A DNA stretch of 63,645 nucleotides, filler included, from Sphacelaria rigidula (lineage: Eukaryota), in NCBI GenBank assembly GCA_964200075.2. It is 10 parts of 10 records of this genome, joined end to end, with 100 filler letters (N's around TTAATTAATTAA, not from the genome) between each part and the next. Parts side by side here need not be neighbours in the genome. Positions count along the whole stretch, not along the records: positions 44,624 to 50,897 come from CAXNAA020021075.1; positions 50,998 to 57,271 come from CAXNAA020021076.1; positions 57,372 to 63,645 come from CAXNAA020021077.1; 7 more parts are not named here. One strand, written 5' to 3'. A program made the translations under genes and the position numbers. Every line of letters starts with the position of its first letter. Within the stretch, counting starts at the first letter, position 1. Shown in pieces: positions 48,367-60,700 of this stretch. The notes beneath the pieces are model-generated. The model did not search any database and had not been told where the DNA came from. It saw nothing but the letters and a program-made list of their open reading frames with translations.

Positions 48367-48654
48367 TATAAACACTATATTCGTGAGATTCAGGTTTAGT
48401 TTCAGATTCAGAGTCAGGATTTTAAACGGAAGAACTATTTTCTTTGTGGTCGATTCTTATGCCAAACAGTTCGCGTCACTAATCAACCAATCCGAGTGAT
48501 GAACGTGCGTGTTTTCACAGCCTCCAATGTTGGTTGGTTAGTGACGCGAACTGCTTGGCATAAGAATCGACCACAAAGAAAATAGTTCTTCCGTTTGAAA
48601 TCCTGACTCTGAATCTGAAACTACACTCTGAATCTCACGAATATAGTGTTTATA
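48367..48654. mobile_element. Intronic near-perfect hairpin MITE
   Basis: Arms of about 125 bp (TATAAACACTATATTCGTGAGATTCAG... / ...CTGAATCTCACGAATATAGTGTTTATA). A related end lies at 12476-12525. Confidence 0.88.
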
Positions 48655-49157
48655 CTGCTAACCCTAACCCTAACCCCAACCCCAATTCAAACTAGACCGA
48701 GGGAAGGGATGCAAAGTGTGCCTGGAGCAAGAGGTGTATTGGAAGACCTTAAATCGGCGCCTGTGCCCCCGATTTGGAGAAAAGCGCGTCCTGTGCATGC
48801 TAGGAGCACTCCGGGCTGTCGGCTCCACTGAAGGTCCAAATATCGGTGTTCGCACTAAAATCAAGTATGCTTCAACCGTGCATTTGGGAATACGAACTGG
48901 AGTAGACTCCGGTGAATGCGGGAAATATGATTGAATCTCTTCATACCTCTATACCTCCAGGCCACGGACTCGTCCCGAGGGAGGGAGAAAGAGGAAAATA
49001 TGAAAATATGGAAACAAATCGATTCATCATCACTCGAAGGCTACTCTGTCTTTCTCTATCCCTCTCTCCACATCACGCGAAGGGTTCGACCAGGTACAGA
49101 CAGTGCATAACCGGATGATTGCCCACGCTTGGTGTACGTCATGTGATCACGTGGAAG

Positions 49158-49286
49158 GTGTTGGACGCCACCAAAGCAATCAGCGTGTCTTGCGAATCCC
49201 GACTGCCTGGTCACGACCCCTCGACCATGTGCGTGGATCTGTTCCTGTTCCTGCGCATCATGCTGCACTCTTTCAAGGAAGAGCAG
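49158..49286 (+). CDS. Unknown protein, exon D (VLDATKAISVSCESRLPGHDPSTMCVDLFLFLRIMLHSFKEEQ)
   Basis: AAG acceptor (start less certain), CAG|GTGA donor, phase 0. Confidence 0.65.
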
Positions 49287-50897
49287 GTGATATTTTTTAG
49301 ATTGAGAATTGAGAACTGTGACTGCTACTACTAACAAGAAACATCGTGTGATAGCCCTTTTACACTTCTGCTTTGAGATTTGCATGCTTTATCAATCCCT
49401 CAAAAACGAGTACTTGTGAACATATTGTGCAGTGTTTCATGAGTAATATATATATATATATATTCATCGTTTTATTGTATTGTATTTATTTGCTTTGTAC
49501 TTTCCTCTTCTTTTCCTCTGTCTTCTTTTTCGGTCGGCCATTTATTTCTGTGCTTCGCTTGTGTTGACTTTTTATTCCCTGTTTTTTTTGTCACGACGTA
49601 GTCTGCTATGTCGTTCTGTTCGACCCCTCTTTCTTCTTTTTTTTTCTTCTTCTGTTCCTGTTTTTTTGTTTTTCTTGAGCGAGTGTTTCAGTTTGGTTTT
49701 TGTCGGGTACGTCTATCATGACACCACGGCTGGATAATGACCCCTGGGGGGTTAGTTAAAGTGCGACAATCAATCAATCATTATGCTATTATCGTGCTTG
49801 GCTGTTGTATCGATTGATTTTACTCGCTGTAAACTCGTCTCCTCAGGAGTATTCTTACGCCCCACGGAATGGGTAAGCCACAGAAACAATACGCGTTAAC
49901 AGCCGGAGCGGCATCACACAAATCTCATCCTTGTTTGTCTCGGTGCTTGAAGGGTTAACGAAGAGACAACATCATCAACCAAGATCTATAGAAACACCCC
50001 CCCTCCGGTAGTGCTCCGTCTCGAAAGGGATGCGTGGTCAATGGTCAAAGGACTAAGGCAAGAAACACATGAGAACGCCCCCCCCCTCCGGTACCTGCGG
50101 AGCTACATTTCTTTTGTGCCAGTGTTTAACGTAGAAAGAGGGAGCAGAAAAGCCTCAACTCAAACAACGTGTCTTACGAACAGGCGTTGCGAGTCGGCTA
50201 GCCAGCAAGCGATTGTTTGCCAGTCTTGGCAGCCTTTATGGCAGGAACAAGTTGGATTTCAGTATCGCTTGTGGTGACAACCGTTCGCCCGTTGGAAATG
50301 GCCACCGTTCGGCCGTGTGGAGCAGTCGGTGATTTGTTCCCGCGGATGATTACCACGTGCGCCTGCGTACATGAGGTCTACTCTGTGTTTTATCCGAAGG
50401 CATCTCAGCATGGCATCAGGTGGAGAAGATGCATGCATTTCGCTCTTGTTTCGGGTCTCAGTCACCACGGGGTGCTGCTTGTTCATGACAACGCAGTAGC
50501 AGCACCAGAAACAGGCCTCGTCAACGCCAACGCACGGATGGGACTATGAAAGCAGTTCATCTCGTCTCCGTGACCTTACTTCGATGGTGTCACAAAGCTA
50601 TTGTGATATTGGCTGTGTTGAACGAGAAACGTCGAAGGCGCCAACGTTCCAAATCTGTAGTACCCGTTCTGAACGACGGCAGTTTACGACCATATGCAGC
50701 CCCGCGATATTCGAGAAAGTGGCTCGCTTGATCTTTGCCTAGGGACGAAGAAGGGAACGTGGGGGGGGGAAGGGGACAAGGAATTTGCTGCGACCCCTGT
50801 CCTCTTTTGTCGACCGTTGTCCACCACCGCCTCTCTCTCCAGTGCTCCGTCTCGAAAGGGATGCGTGGTCAATGGCCAAACGACCAAGGCAAGCAAC

Positions 50898-50997
50898 NNN
50901 NNNNNNNNNNNNNNNNNNNNNNNNNNNNNNNNNNNNNNNNNTTAATTAATTAANNNNNNNNNNNNNNNNNNNNNNNNNNNNNNNNNNNNNNNNNNNN
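50898..50997. other. Artificial contig spacer
   Basis: N44-TTAATTAATTAA-N44. Confidence 0.99.
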
Positions 50998-51644
50998 TGA
51001 CTACTTACGTAATTTAATTCAATGCGTTATATTTAATTCGATGCAGAGGTTACCCTTCGGGCTCGGAGCCCTTGTTCATCCCAGCCGACACTCCAACAGA
51101 CTTCCTCTGCTTGCAGCTTCTCTGTATTACTTCTTTTCCGCTTTCAGGCTCAACTCGCCAGGTGAGATTGATTACGTACCCATCACGTTCATGTTTGCAG
51201 CTGCGAAAGTAAAACAGGAATCACCAAACATGTCTGCATGCCGCCACGTACCTGGTCCAGCATGTATCAGTGAGGGATTCCACCTTGCACACAGCATGCT
51301 ACACTAGGGTTGTATACATCCGGGCGGCGCCATTCCTCTTGTATTTTGTTATCCACATCCCAGCCAACCTCCTCTCTTGTCCTTAATTATTATCCTAGAT
51401 CTAGAGCTACTGGTGGGCGATCATAGGCGGGTTTTGATCGGAAAGCGAGTACTGTACCTTGTCTTATGAAAACCCCATTTGAAAAAATAGCCGGTGATTG
51501 GTCGCTGCAATATCACCCCCCAGAGAAAATGAGCGAAAACATCTTCCTTTTCGCAAGAGAGACTTTGAGCCGAAGCTGCTAATAAGCTGGGCACGTTGTG
51601 CGTGACCTCTCTCAAATCTGTTGAAGATTCAATGAAAAGCGATC

Positions 51645-52256
51645 GTTTGTGTGGGACGTGCGGACGCGAACGTTCGGCAATGTACCTTTATTTTTGCGTT
51701 GTACAATAGTGGGCGGTCTAACTAACCATTTTGTGGCATTTTGTGATTTTTTCGTAATTGGCCATTTTCTTGGGCTTTTTTCGCTTGCCACCCCTTATCA
51801 CATCGGGGATCTGAAGATATTGGTATCCGCTCCACATTCCAAGGAGAAAAAAACATCTGTACTCAATATTGAGTGACTTACGGGCACACCGGTCATCGGG
51901 GGTCCTACCACGATTGAGCCCATGCTCTTACTCTTCTGTGTTTTCGGTCGATCGAGCCTGTCCCGATCATATTTTCAACGAAATGTACAGTTTTGTTGTT
52001 TTTTCATTTTGCCTACTCAGTGCACTAGGGCCGAAAAACTGTGTTTCACGGTCAATAACACCCTCCCGATGAACGGGGTATTTACTCGTTTCGTCTGTTA
52101 ACACCATCTAATACTGACTTGGGCACTGTGCTTCGAAGATGATCTGTTTTTCTATACCAAAATCTACCGACGCTAGCAATTTCGAGTTCTATCGAAGAGC
52201 AGTACGCGAAGAGAACCCCAAAACACCTCTAAATAGTTAGACCGCCCACTACTGTA
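51645..52256. repeat. Dispersed repeat, same family as 10485-11048
   Basis: Colinear similarity. Confidence 0.85.
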
Positions 52257-52484
52257 CAACAAGTCGACACGCATGCGACCGCTTTCGTCCAACACAGAAC
52301 GGATAGCCGTGAAAGAAAGACTGCCTTGTGTAGATGAGCAAAGGCAGGTGCTCGAGTGTATGCGCGTGAATAGTGGTTGTCTGTGGATGATTACTCGGGC
52401 CAATGTTTGCAGGCGCTGTGTTACTTTTTTGCGTATATAATAGTCTGTAGCAGCACAGACACGTTGGACCAACGACCGCGCCCA

Positions 52485-52841
52485 TGTGTGTGTGTTGACG
52501 TCCCATCGATTCTGGACGCCGGTCTACACCCTTCGGTATATGTGGGCACATCTGCCGGGGTCACCCAGGAAGACGGTCAACCCGAAGCTTTTTCGTCTGT
52601 TGTTTGTTCGTAGTACCCCACCTTCCTTCTGCGGTGCTTGCCTTTTTTTTTATCGCGAGAGGGGTTCAGTACTTCCTTTCCCTCGTCGACCGTTAAGTCG
52701 AGTTTTGTGTACCCACAACGTAGTCGCTCTCCACTGTTGACATTGTGTGAGAAAAAATCCCAGATCGCTCCGAGAATTAAACCCCCGACCCAACCGTCAG
52801 AAGGTTCCGAGGTTACCAACTGAGCCACCGGGGCGACCGGC
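52485..52841 (-). mobile_element. tRNA-derived SINE, apparently full length
   Basis: Head GCCGGTCGCCCCGGTGGCTCAGTTGGT (A box), degenerate B box GGTTTAATTC, shared 3' end with an (AC)n tail. Confidence 0.75.
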
Positions 52842-53672
52842 TATAGCCGCCGCATTTTTTAACCATTGTGCAGATCTGGGCTTTGACCGGTACAAGGGGT
52901 GTTTCACGACAAGACTGAAACTGGTCGTTGAGAGGGCAATATGTTATCCACGAGTAACTGTTAAAATAACCCCCCCCCCTTCAAAATATAAAAAAAGCCG
53001 TCAGGGTTCGTATAATCACTTGTCTACGGTCTCTGAGAAAAACTTTGTCGAAAAAATGACTGAAACAACGGTCAGCCTGACCCCAATCCGAGGCATACCG
53101 TGGACCCCCTCGGGTATGGGGGGTGCAGAGGATGCTCCAGACAAAATGTACCTTGGCAAAACTCAAACCGGGGCCTGCGGGGCCGATTTGGACCAGAACG
53201 CGTTCTGTGCACGCTAATGTAGGAGCACTTGGATCTGGCAGCCCCACGAACGATCCGAAGATGTGTCTACACGATGAAGCAAGGAGACCGTCCGCACTCA
53301 AGCTCAGTGAGCCCGAGTGTCGAGATATCTCTTTCAGCGTGACTGCACGTATACGTTAAATTTTGGAATCAGGCGTTAAAGTTCGTCGCTAGAAACGTTG
53401 CCGCCGCGCCCCGGCGGTGTGATGGCCCTACTGTTACTCGTGGAGCGGATATATCGTGCGTTCGATTCCCGATGCGTTGGGTGTTTTCTATGAAGCATGT
53501 GATATCCACCGCCGAACGCCTGAGTACGCCATTAGACAAGGAGTAGTTGACTGAGTTTGTTTGACGAGAATCGACGGGGTGCAGTAGTGCTGACCCAACC
53601 CGTGAGACCGAAACGCAAGGACGTGCACCGGGGAGATACAGGCTGGGCCGCCCAAGACGCGGACAGGGGTGT

Positions 53673-53944
53673 GAACACGCGATTTAGCAGCTCAAGTTAA
53701 GGTCGTTTTCTATGAAATTTTGACACAATGTTCAGGACGTATGTGCGAAGACGCCCCCATGTGTCCCGTATTGTTTTTTTCAGTGATTCACGATTTTGTT
53801 TCAAAAAAGCTGTTCTGAAATGTTTGGTCGCCGACAACTCACGGAGAAAAAAATGTACGGGGCGAATAAGTGCGTCTTTGCGCATACATCGTGTTAAAGT
53901 TTCATAGAAAACGACCTCAAATTGAGCTGCTAAATCGCGTGTTC
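53673..53944. mobile_element. MITE-like inverted repeat
   Basis: GAACACGCGATTTAGCAGCTCAA..AGGTCGTTTTCTATGAAA is inverted at 53870-53944. Related sequence at 29930-30230. Confidence 0.75.
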
Positions 53945-55149
53945 GTGTCCAAGACTGGTTTCTTTGTGGAGAATTACCAGCCACTAAAAATTGAAATGCG
54001 GTTATGTTGTTCAATTTCATGTATTTTTTCACGAAAGTTCGACACAAGGTGCACGAGAAGTATGCTGTGAAGTCCCTAATATCTCCTCTTGACATTTGGT
54101 TCTCAAGGAGCTGCCGACGCCTTCGTACCGGGGGAAATTGTTCCGAAATTTAGATCACCAATAACATACGAGGAAAACAAAAGAGGGTCAAACGGTAGGA
54201 GCTCCACACATACCCTATGCATATCGTGTCAGTATTTAATGAAAAGTAACTTCAAATTGAGCAGTGACATCGCGTATTTCTGTCGAGAACCGGTTCACTT
54301 GCTTTTGAAACACAATAACCTCAGCCGGGACTTTGACGTTTTCTACAAGCGCCACGCCTTGGCGCGCTGGAGGTCTCGTCCGCGTGCCATCTCAGACACT
54401 GCGCGCCTACAGCACGACATGCCTTGTTGTACAACCACGAATAGTGCAGCACCATCACTTTGCGTCCGCGGCACAATTGACTGTAACCGTAAATACGATT
54501 TCAGCCGTTTCCCCCCCCCCCCAATTCTGCCGCACATGCCATCCTCAAATCTCTACTCTTGGCAGCTGACTGCAGTTTGGTATTTCGTTTCATGGGAACT
54601 TGTCGGATCGCAGTGCTACGTGAAGTAAAAGACGCGTGTTGATGTGTCGATTGCCACGATATGTCATAGTAGGCACAACTCGCGATGGATCGTCAGTTAG
54701 AACCGGTCGAAGGAAAGTCCGCTTCTCAGGCGGCCCAGCCTGTATGCGTCGATCCCTCGAGACCACGGATTCGTCGCGAGGTGAGGGAGGGGTTCAGTGT
54801 GCGACTAGAAACAAGAAAAAATAAAAAATAAAGTCAGAGTGGAATGAATCTGAGCTCTAGTGTGTATAACGTCCTCACTCGAAAGTAAAGCCGAGAGATT
54901 TCATGTTCGCTTCTTCTGCTGAAAGGTTCGAGGATGCCGTGGTGTTTGAGGTTGTTGTTGGTAATCTAGGGCGTAATCTTACGTTGAAATGTTTCTCACG
55001 GTTTGCATTTTCGTGCGTTAACAGTGTATCGGAAAAGATATCATGTGAAAATGTGGCCGGGAAGCACTACCAAAAATGCTGACCGTTTCTTACGGTGCCA
55101 CAAAACGTTTCCGGGGGGTTCGAGATCGCGGTCAAAAGAGCGCGCGCGC

Positions 55150-55672
55150 GGGGGGGGGAGGGGAGGGGGGTGTACTCATGAATATGCATGCAATAGTCAT
55201 GTGACCATTGACGTCGCATCCCCAAGCCGGGATGGAGCACGCCGGGTTTTCGCCGGACCAGGCTCGCACTCAATCACTAAGCGCGAAGCGCAGTGGTGTG
55301 TTCGGTGAGTCACATGAAGGGTGAGCTGCATCCTGCTACGGTTGTTCGGCCCGAAGCCCACTAAGTATCTTGCAGTTGAATTACAGCCCACGATGCTTTG
55401 CTTTATTTTCTGGTATCGCCACTCCCAGAGACAGCCACGGCTTATACACGGCCTCAAAGGTGTCTCACCATCGAAACTCTACGCAGTATGATCACCCCCC
55501 ATTGTGCGAAGTTGAGGTTTCCTCCACTCCGCACATGATGATCTGGCTCGACTTCCATCATGGTTACCGCGAAAAATCTGCAACCGCGCAGAACAAAACG
55601 GTAAACTGGTTGCCTAGCTTACGCAGTGAGTGGCGTGTTTTATAACGTCATCGCAAACCGGCGCCAACGCCA
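55150..55672 (+). repeat. High-copy element, second long copy
   Basis: Colinear with 23893-24410. Confidence 0.9.
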
Positions 55673-57271
55673 TCAGGAGTGGGTATCAAGAGTGTGATCA
55701 GCGGGATTCAAAGGGGTGTGCACGCCAAGACCGGGCGCAAGATTTGAAAACTTCGCCGTGCCAAGATTCCTGCGTTGGTGTGCGAAGACGCGCAACGTGA
55801 GCCCCCCACCCGATAGCTGCTGGTCCAGCTCGTAATATGTACAAGCTGATATCTTCATCCTACTCTACGCGGAGTGGAAATCATATACTCCTCCATGTCA
55901 TTTGAATGCAGCCATTGGTCGTTGTATACTACTGTCTGCAAACTAACACCTGCATGCTATGCTGCTGTATGCGGCAGTACAGACATAACTTCACTTCCTA
56001 GTATTGTCTGCACTGCACGTTGTCCACATCATATCTAGTACAGCCCTTGTACGCCACTGGTGCAAACTGACATCTGCATCCTACTGTTGTATACGGTAGA
56101 ACAAGCCGTGTACGGTCTCAAAACTGCACGATGTACACATCATTTTCAGTGCAACCGCTGTATACTGCTGTGTGCAAACTGACGTCTTCGCCCTACTATT
56201 GGATGCGTTAGAGCAGACACTACAATACTGCCTAGTACTGTCTGTATTGCACGTTGTCGGCACCTTTCACCTTGCCCGTATCGCTTTTACTACAGCCGCT
56301 TTTGTGCTGTTGCGGGAAACCTGACACCTACATTTTATCACGTGGGGCAGCACAGAGAGTACAGTACTGTGTTGTCTGTGCAGCATGTTTTATACAGCAC
56401 AGTTGATGCCAACAGATCATCGACACCTGACGCCATCCCGCGTGCACCAGGATGGCGAGGTAAAGCCTGTTCCAGTGTGTAAACGGCGCTGGTGATGTTC
56501 GACATCGAGAACCCCGCAGATGAGGGAGAAGGGCACAAACATATTCCATGCTGATCTCCTGTAGGGTACGCTGGCAGGTGTATGCAAACGCGTCGTCTTG
56601 ATCGAAGAACACGATTGAAAAATACAACTCGATCTCGGCTTGTATTTTTGGAGAGTACGAGCCGGGAGTGCTAGTCTCGTAGAAGTTTCCTCCTGTCGTA
56701 TTTTCTCTCTGGGATTCTTGTGAAAATACGAACTGTAAGAAACGATCGATCTGGAAATCTGCTATTCGTGGGGCGTTTTTTCGTCCGCCATATTTGACTA
56801 CGGATTGAATCAAAAGATAGAGTGGTTCTTGCAGTAGTCGTTGGCACATTTTCGCGCTGGTGCAAGGAAGACGCGACAGGGAAACGCAACACGTACACTC
56901 CAACCCCCGAACAAATACTCAACAGCATCCGCCACAAACGCGTATCAGTCAGCTGTGTCGGACAATCGAATTCAGCGCGTGACCTCTTTACACGGAAGCA
57001 AACTGTGTAGAAAATTGTGAAGTATGGTTCGTGTTCAACGTCCTCACTTGGGAGCAAGCTGGAGCAAACATTTTCTTCGCCGGAGTTTCAGACTGGTTGA
57101 ATGTGCTTCATGCAGGGGCCATTGATGATTTAGTGGGTATCCTCTTCGATGGAAAATGGACACACGTAGCAGCAGTCGCTGTCCCCCCCCCCCCCCCCCC
57201 CCACCCCCCCCCCCCCCCCCCCCACCCCCACCCACACCACCCACCCCACACAGCACCCCCCCACCCCCCCC

Positions 57272-57371
57272 NNNNNNNNNNNNNNNNNNNNNNNNNNNNN
57301 NNNNNNNNNNNNNNNTTAATTAATTAANNNNNNNNNNNNNNNNNNNNNNNNNNNNNNNNNNNNNNNNNNNN
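57272..57371. other. Artificial contig spacer
   Basis: N44-TTAATTAATTAA-N44. Confidence 0.99.
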
Positions 57372-57555
57372 CCTGTTTTTGCTTCAACAGATCTCTCTTG
57401 CAAAAGAGGCTGTTTGATATTTGAGGCCAAAAGCGCCGATCTACACCATCTTGGTTTTACTACACTGCTCCTTGCAAGTAGCTTTACTGCTACAGTGCAA
57501 GCCTCTGCTTAACTGTCGAGTGAGACAGTGCCGTGTCAGCGAATAATTTCCAACA
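57372..57555 (+). repeat. 3' part of the 5' LTR
   Basis: Ends in CAACA immediately before the PBS. Confidence 0.75.
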
Positions 57556-57566
57556 GGTTATCAGCC
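57556..57566 (+). promoter_or_regulatory. Primer binding site, half-tRNA-iMet type
   Basis: GGTTATCAGCC is one mismatch from GGTTATGAGCC, the complement of the tRNA-iMet anticodon arm. Confidence 0.65.
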
Positions 57567-57784
57567 TCGGTTCGCGACCATATATGCCAACAGGTGCTAT
57601 CGATTCGCGACCACATAGGTCTTCAGGTCATCAGTCTTCGGTTTGAGACTACATCGGTCAGCACGAGCGAGGAGGAGTCACATCAAGGTTGCCACAGCAG
57701 CGACAATCAAGAGTCCAAGAACACTGATTTTCCCAAAATATCTGCAGGTGTGAGGAGGATAGTTTTATTAGTAACGTGAGGCGG

Positions 57785-60700
57785 ATGAATATGTCGGAAG
57801 AGCCATCTGCAACTCAGCTCATCAAGAGCATCAACGAGTTCGACGGTACAAAGTTCGTCGAGTGGATACCTCTACGCGCAGCTATCATTTCTTTAACTCA
57901 TCCGGGGATTGCGGATATCCTCAACGGGGTCGAACGCCCCGCGGAACTCGACGAAGACGTTTCTGAGGTAGATCTGCCACAACCAGCTGCCACAAGACCG
58001 AGCCCTGCTAGAAGTCGTTATCAAGCCGCCCGCCAGCAGTCGTCCGTTCGACCGCATTTCGCATCGGTGGAGGCAACCGCTGGTGACGATACGATCGCAG
58101 CGGTGGATGAGACTGGACCTACCGAGGAAGACCATCATTGCACATGAGAATACCGTTCTCCAAGCGTGGTGTCACATGTAAGGTAGATTTCTAACACGCG
58201 TGAGATGGAGAGTTGGGACCGGTGCAATCAACAATTGTTCGACGTTTTGCACCTATCTACAACCGCTCCTGCAGCGAGTTATTTGTTGCGTTTCCATCCG
58301 ACGGGTTCAGAGAGACCAAACGGCAGACGTGCATGGGGAGCTTTGATTTCCAAGTATCAAAATTCCTCGAAGCAGAGACTCAGGATCTTGATGAGAGAAC
58401 TCAACAACGTCTCTATGTCACTAGGGCAAGACCCTGATACTTTCTTGAGCAAAGTGTATCAGCGTCGGGACGACCTGGACAACGTTGGCGAGGCCATTTT
58501 CGAAGAAAGGCTGACTGACAGAATGATCGAAGGTTAAACAAGTGAGTATGACCTCATCAAGTACAATGCGGGGCGTGATCCAGATGTCAGTATTCAGAGC
58601 ATCGAAACAACAATGCGAAATATGTATGCTAATCGCATGGCGCGGAGATATACCTCCGGGAAATATCATGACCGCGATTCATCACTGCTGGTGACATCAC
58701 TGTCGAAATCTTCCAATCAACCCCAGAAATTCCGTGCAAATTGCTACACCTGCGGGAGACCAGGACATCAGGCCAGAGACTGTCGCTCCCAAATGCAGTC
58801 AAACAATGGGAACAGCCCTGTAAAATGGTGCAGTTTCCATCACACTGACAAGCATGACGGTACTGAGTGTAGATCTCAACAGAATCGCGGGAATGCGACC
58901 AACAACGCAAGAGACAACAACAATAACCATCATCGTCGTAGAAACCCCCGCCATCGAAATAACAACCATGACAACAGCAGCAACAACAACAGTAGGAGCA
59001 ACCACAACAGCAACATCGGCAGCAACAACTCCAACGGACATCAACGCCAAGCCAACACAGCCGTCGCCGATCCAGCTTCTACAACCGCACCATCGAACAA
59101 CAACGGTCTACAAACTTCTTCATCAACAGCTGCGACAGGGATACTGTAGATCAATCTTCACCACCAAACGGTATGGGATTTTATTTTCTTTCTGGTTCAT
59201 ATATCACTGATACATCCGATCAAATTTCTTTTCAGTTGACCGTGGATAGCGGCAGCACTGGACACTTTTGGGATGATCAGTTGCTACTCGATATCGAACG
59301 TGAAATGATCGAGCTGGTCAAACTCGATCCACCGATGACTATTTTAACAGCGGGACGACATCTGCTACATGGTACAGCAAAAGGAGTTCTGGACACCGTG
59401 GTCATTGACTCTGAGGGGTACCAACGTTCTGTACGGCTCCCAGCCGTAATTGTCCCAGGTTTGGGGAAGCATATGTTCCCCCCGTGTGCAAGCTCTTGCT
59501 AAGGAGGCTTCGAATATATATTTCTCACGAGGCTCATATCGACCTCGGAAAGTTTCAAGTGCCAATCAACAGTGACAGCAACGGAGCGTTACAGTACATC
59601 AGTGTGAGAATTTCTCGGAAACCAAGTAATATTAATAACAGCTCAGCATTTACAGCTACAATTATGTCGAGATCTATGGGGATCGGGTCAGCCGTTGTTG
59701 CAGAAGCCATTCACCACGACATGCCAGGAATTTCAGCAGCCATGTCTGCCACAGCGGGAGCAGAACCGACAGCTTTGTCTACCCCGACAGGAGCAAACAT
59801 TTGGCATAGGCGACTTGGACATCCCACGGAGCAGGTCATGCGCCGTCTACTGAATACTCCGGAATCAGGTGTGAACTTTGAGGGGTCACTGTCACCTTGT
59901 GTAACGTGCAAGCTTAATAAAAGTGTACAGCAGGACAACCCAAAGACCGTAGTCTCCACGAACATTTCGGAACGACTGCTACTGGTCAGCACTGACCTAA
60001 CAGGGCCAATTACGCCCATGGCGCAAGGGGGCTACCGCTACATGGCAAAATTTACAGCTCACTTCTCGCGTTTCAAGGTACTCAACTTCATCAAAACGAA
60101 GAATGAGACCCTAACTACTCTCTGCAGGTTCATCCAAGATTGGGCTATTCCTTTAGGACTCCGTGTACACCGACCGTGGGGGTGAATACATCGCGGATTA
60201 TTTTAAGAGGTACAGCAAGACTACGGGTATCCGTCAAGAATCCACCAGTCCATATACTCTTCAGCAGAATGGCATCAGTGAAAGAGACGGGCGGAGCATC
60301 TTGAGCGTTACGCGTTGTCTCCTGAACGAATCGAATTTGCCGAAAATTGTTTTGGGGGGAAATTGCTGCAACTGCGGTCTTTTTAATCAATCGCCTACCG
60401 CACACGAGCATCGACGGCGATACACCATATTTTCGGATCCTTCTCATGCAGCCGAAGCTATCATCCTTGCGGACAATCGGCTCGAGGGTGTTTGTGCACA
60501 GGGAGCGTCATCATAGTAAGTTAGAAGAAAAGACTTGGGAAGGAGTGCTAGTAGGGTATGAATCCGATTGTCCATCGTACCGCATTTACAACCGCTACTC
60601 GGGAAACATATCCAGCTCCAGGAACGTCACTTCCATCAAATAAGTAACAGGAGCTCCTTGCAGTGATGAAGAGTTTTCGACATTGGATATCCAGGCACCC

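Noticed and set aside
56451..56577. Exon-like segment with CAG and GT boundaries
   Set aside because: All three frames contain stops and no family is recognisable; at most a pseudo-exon.
6276..57371. TTAATTAATTAA recurring every 6374-6375 bp as a biological periodicity
   Set aside because: It is always centred in N runs and is an assembly linker.
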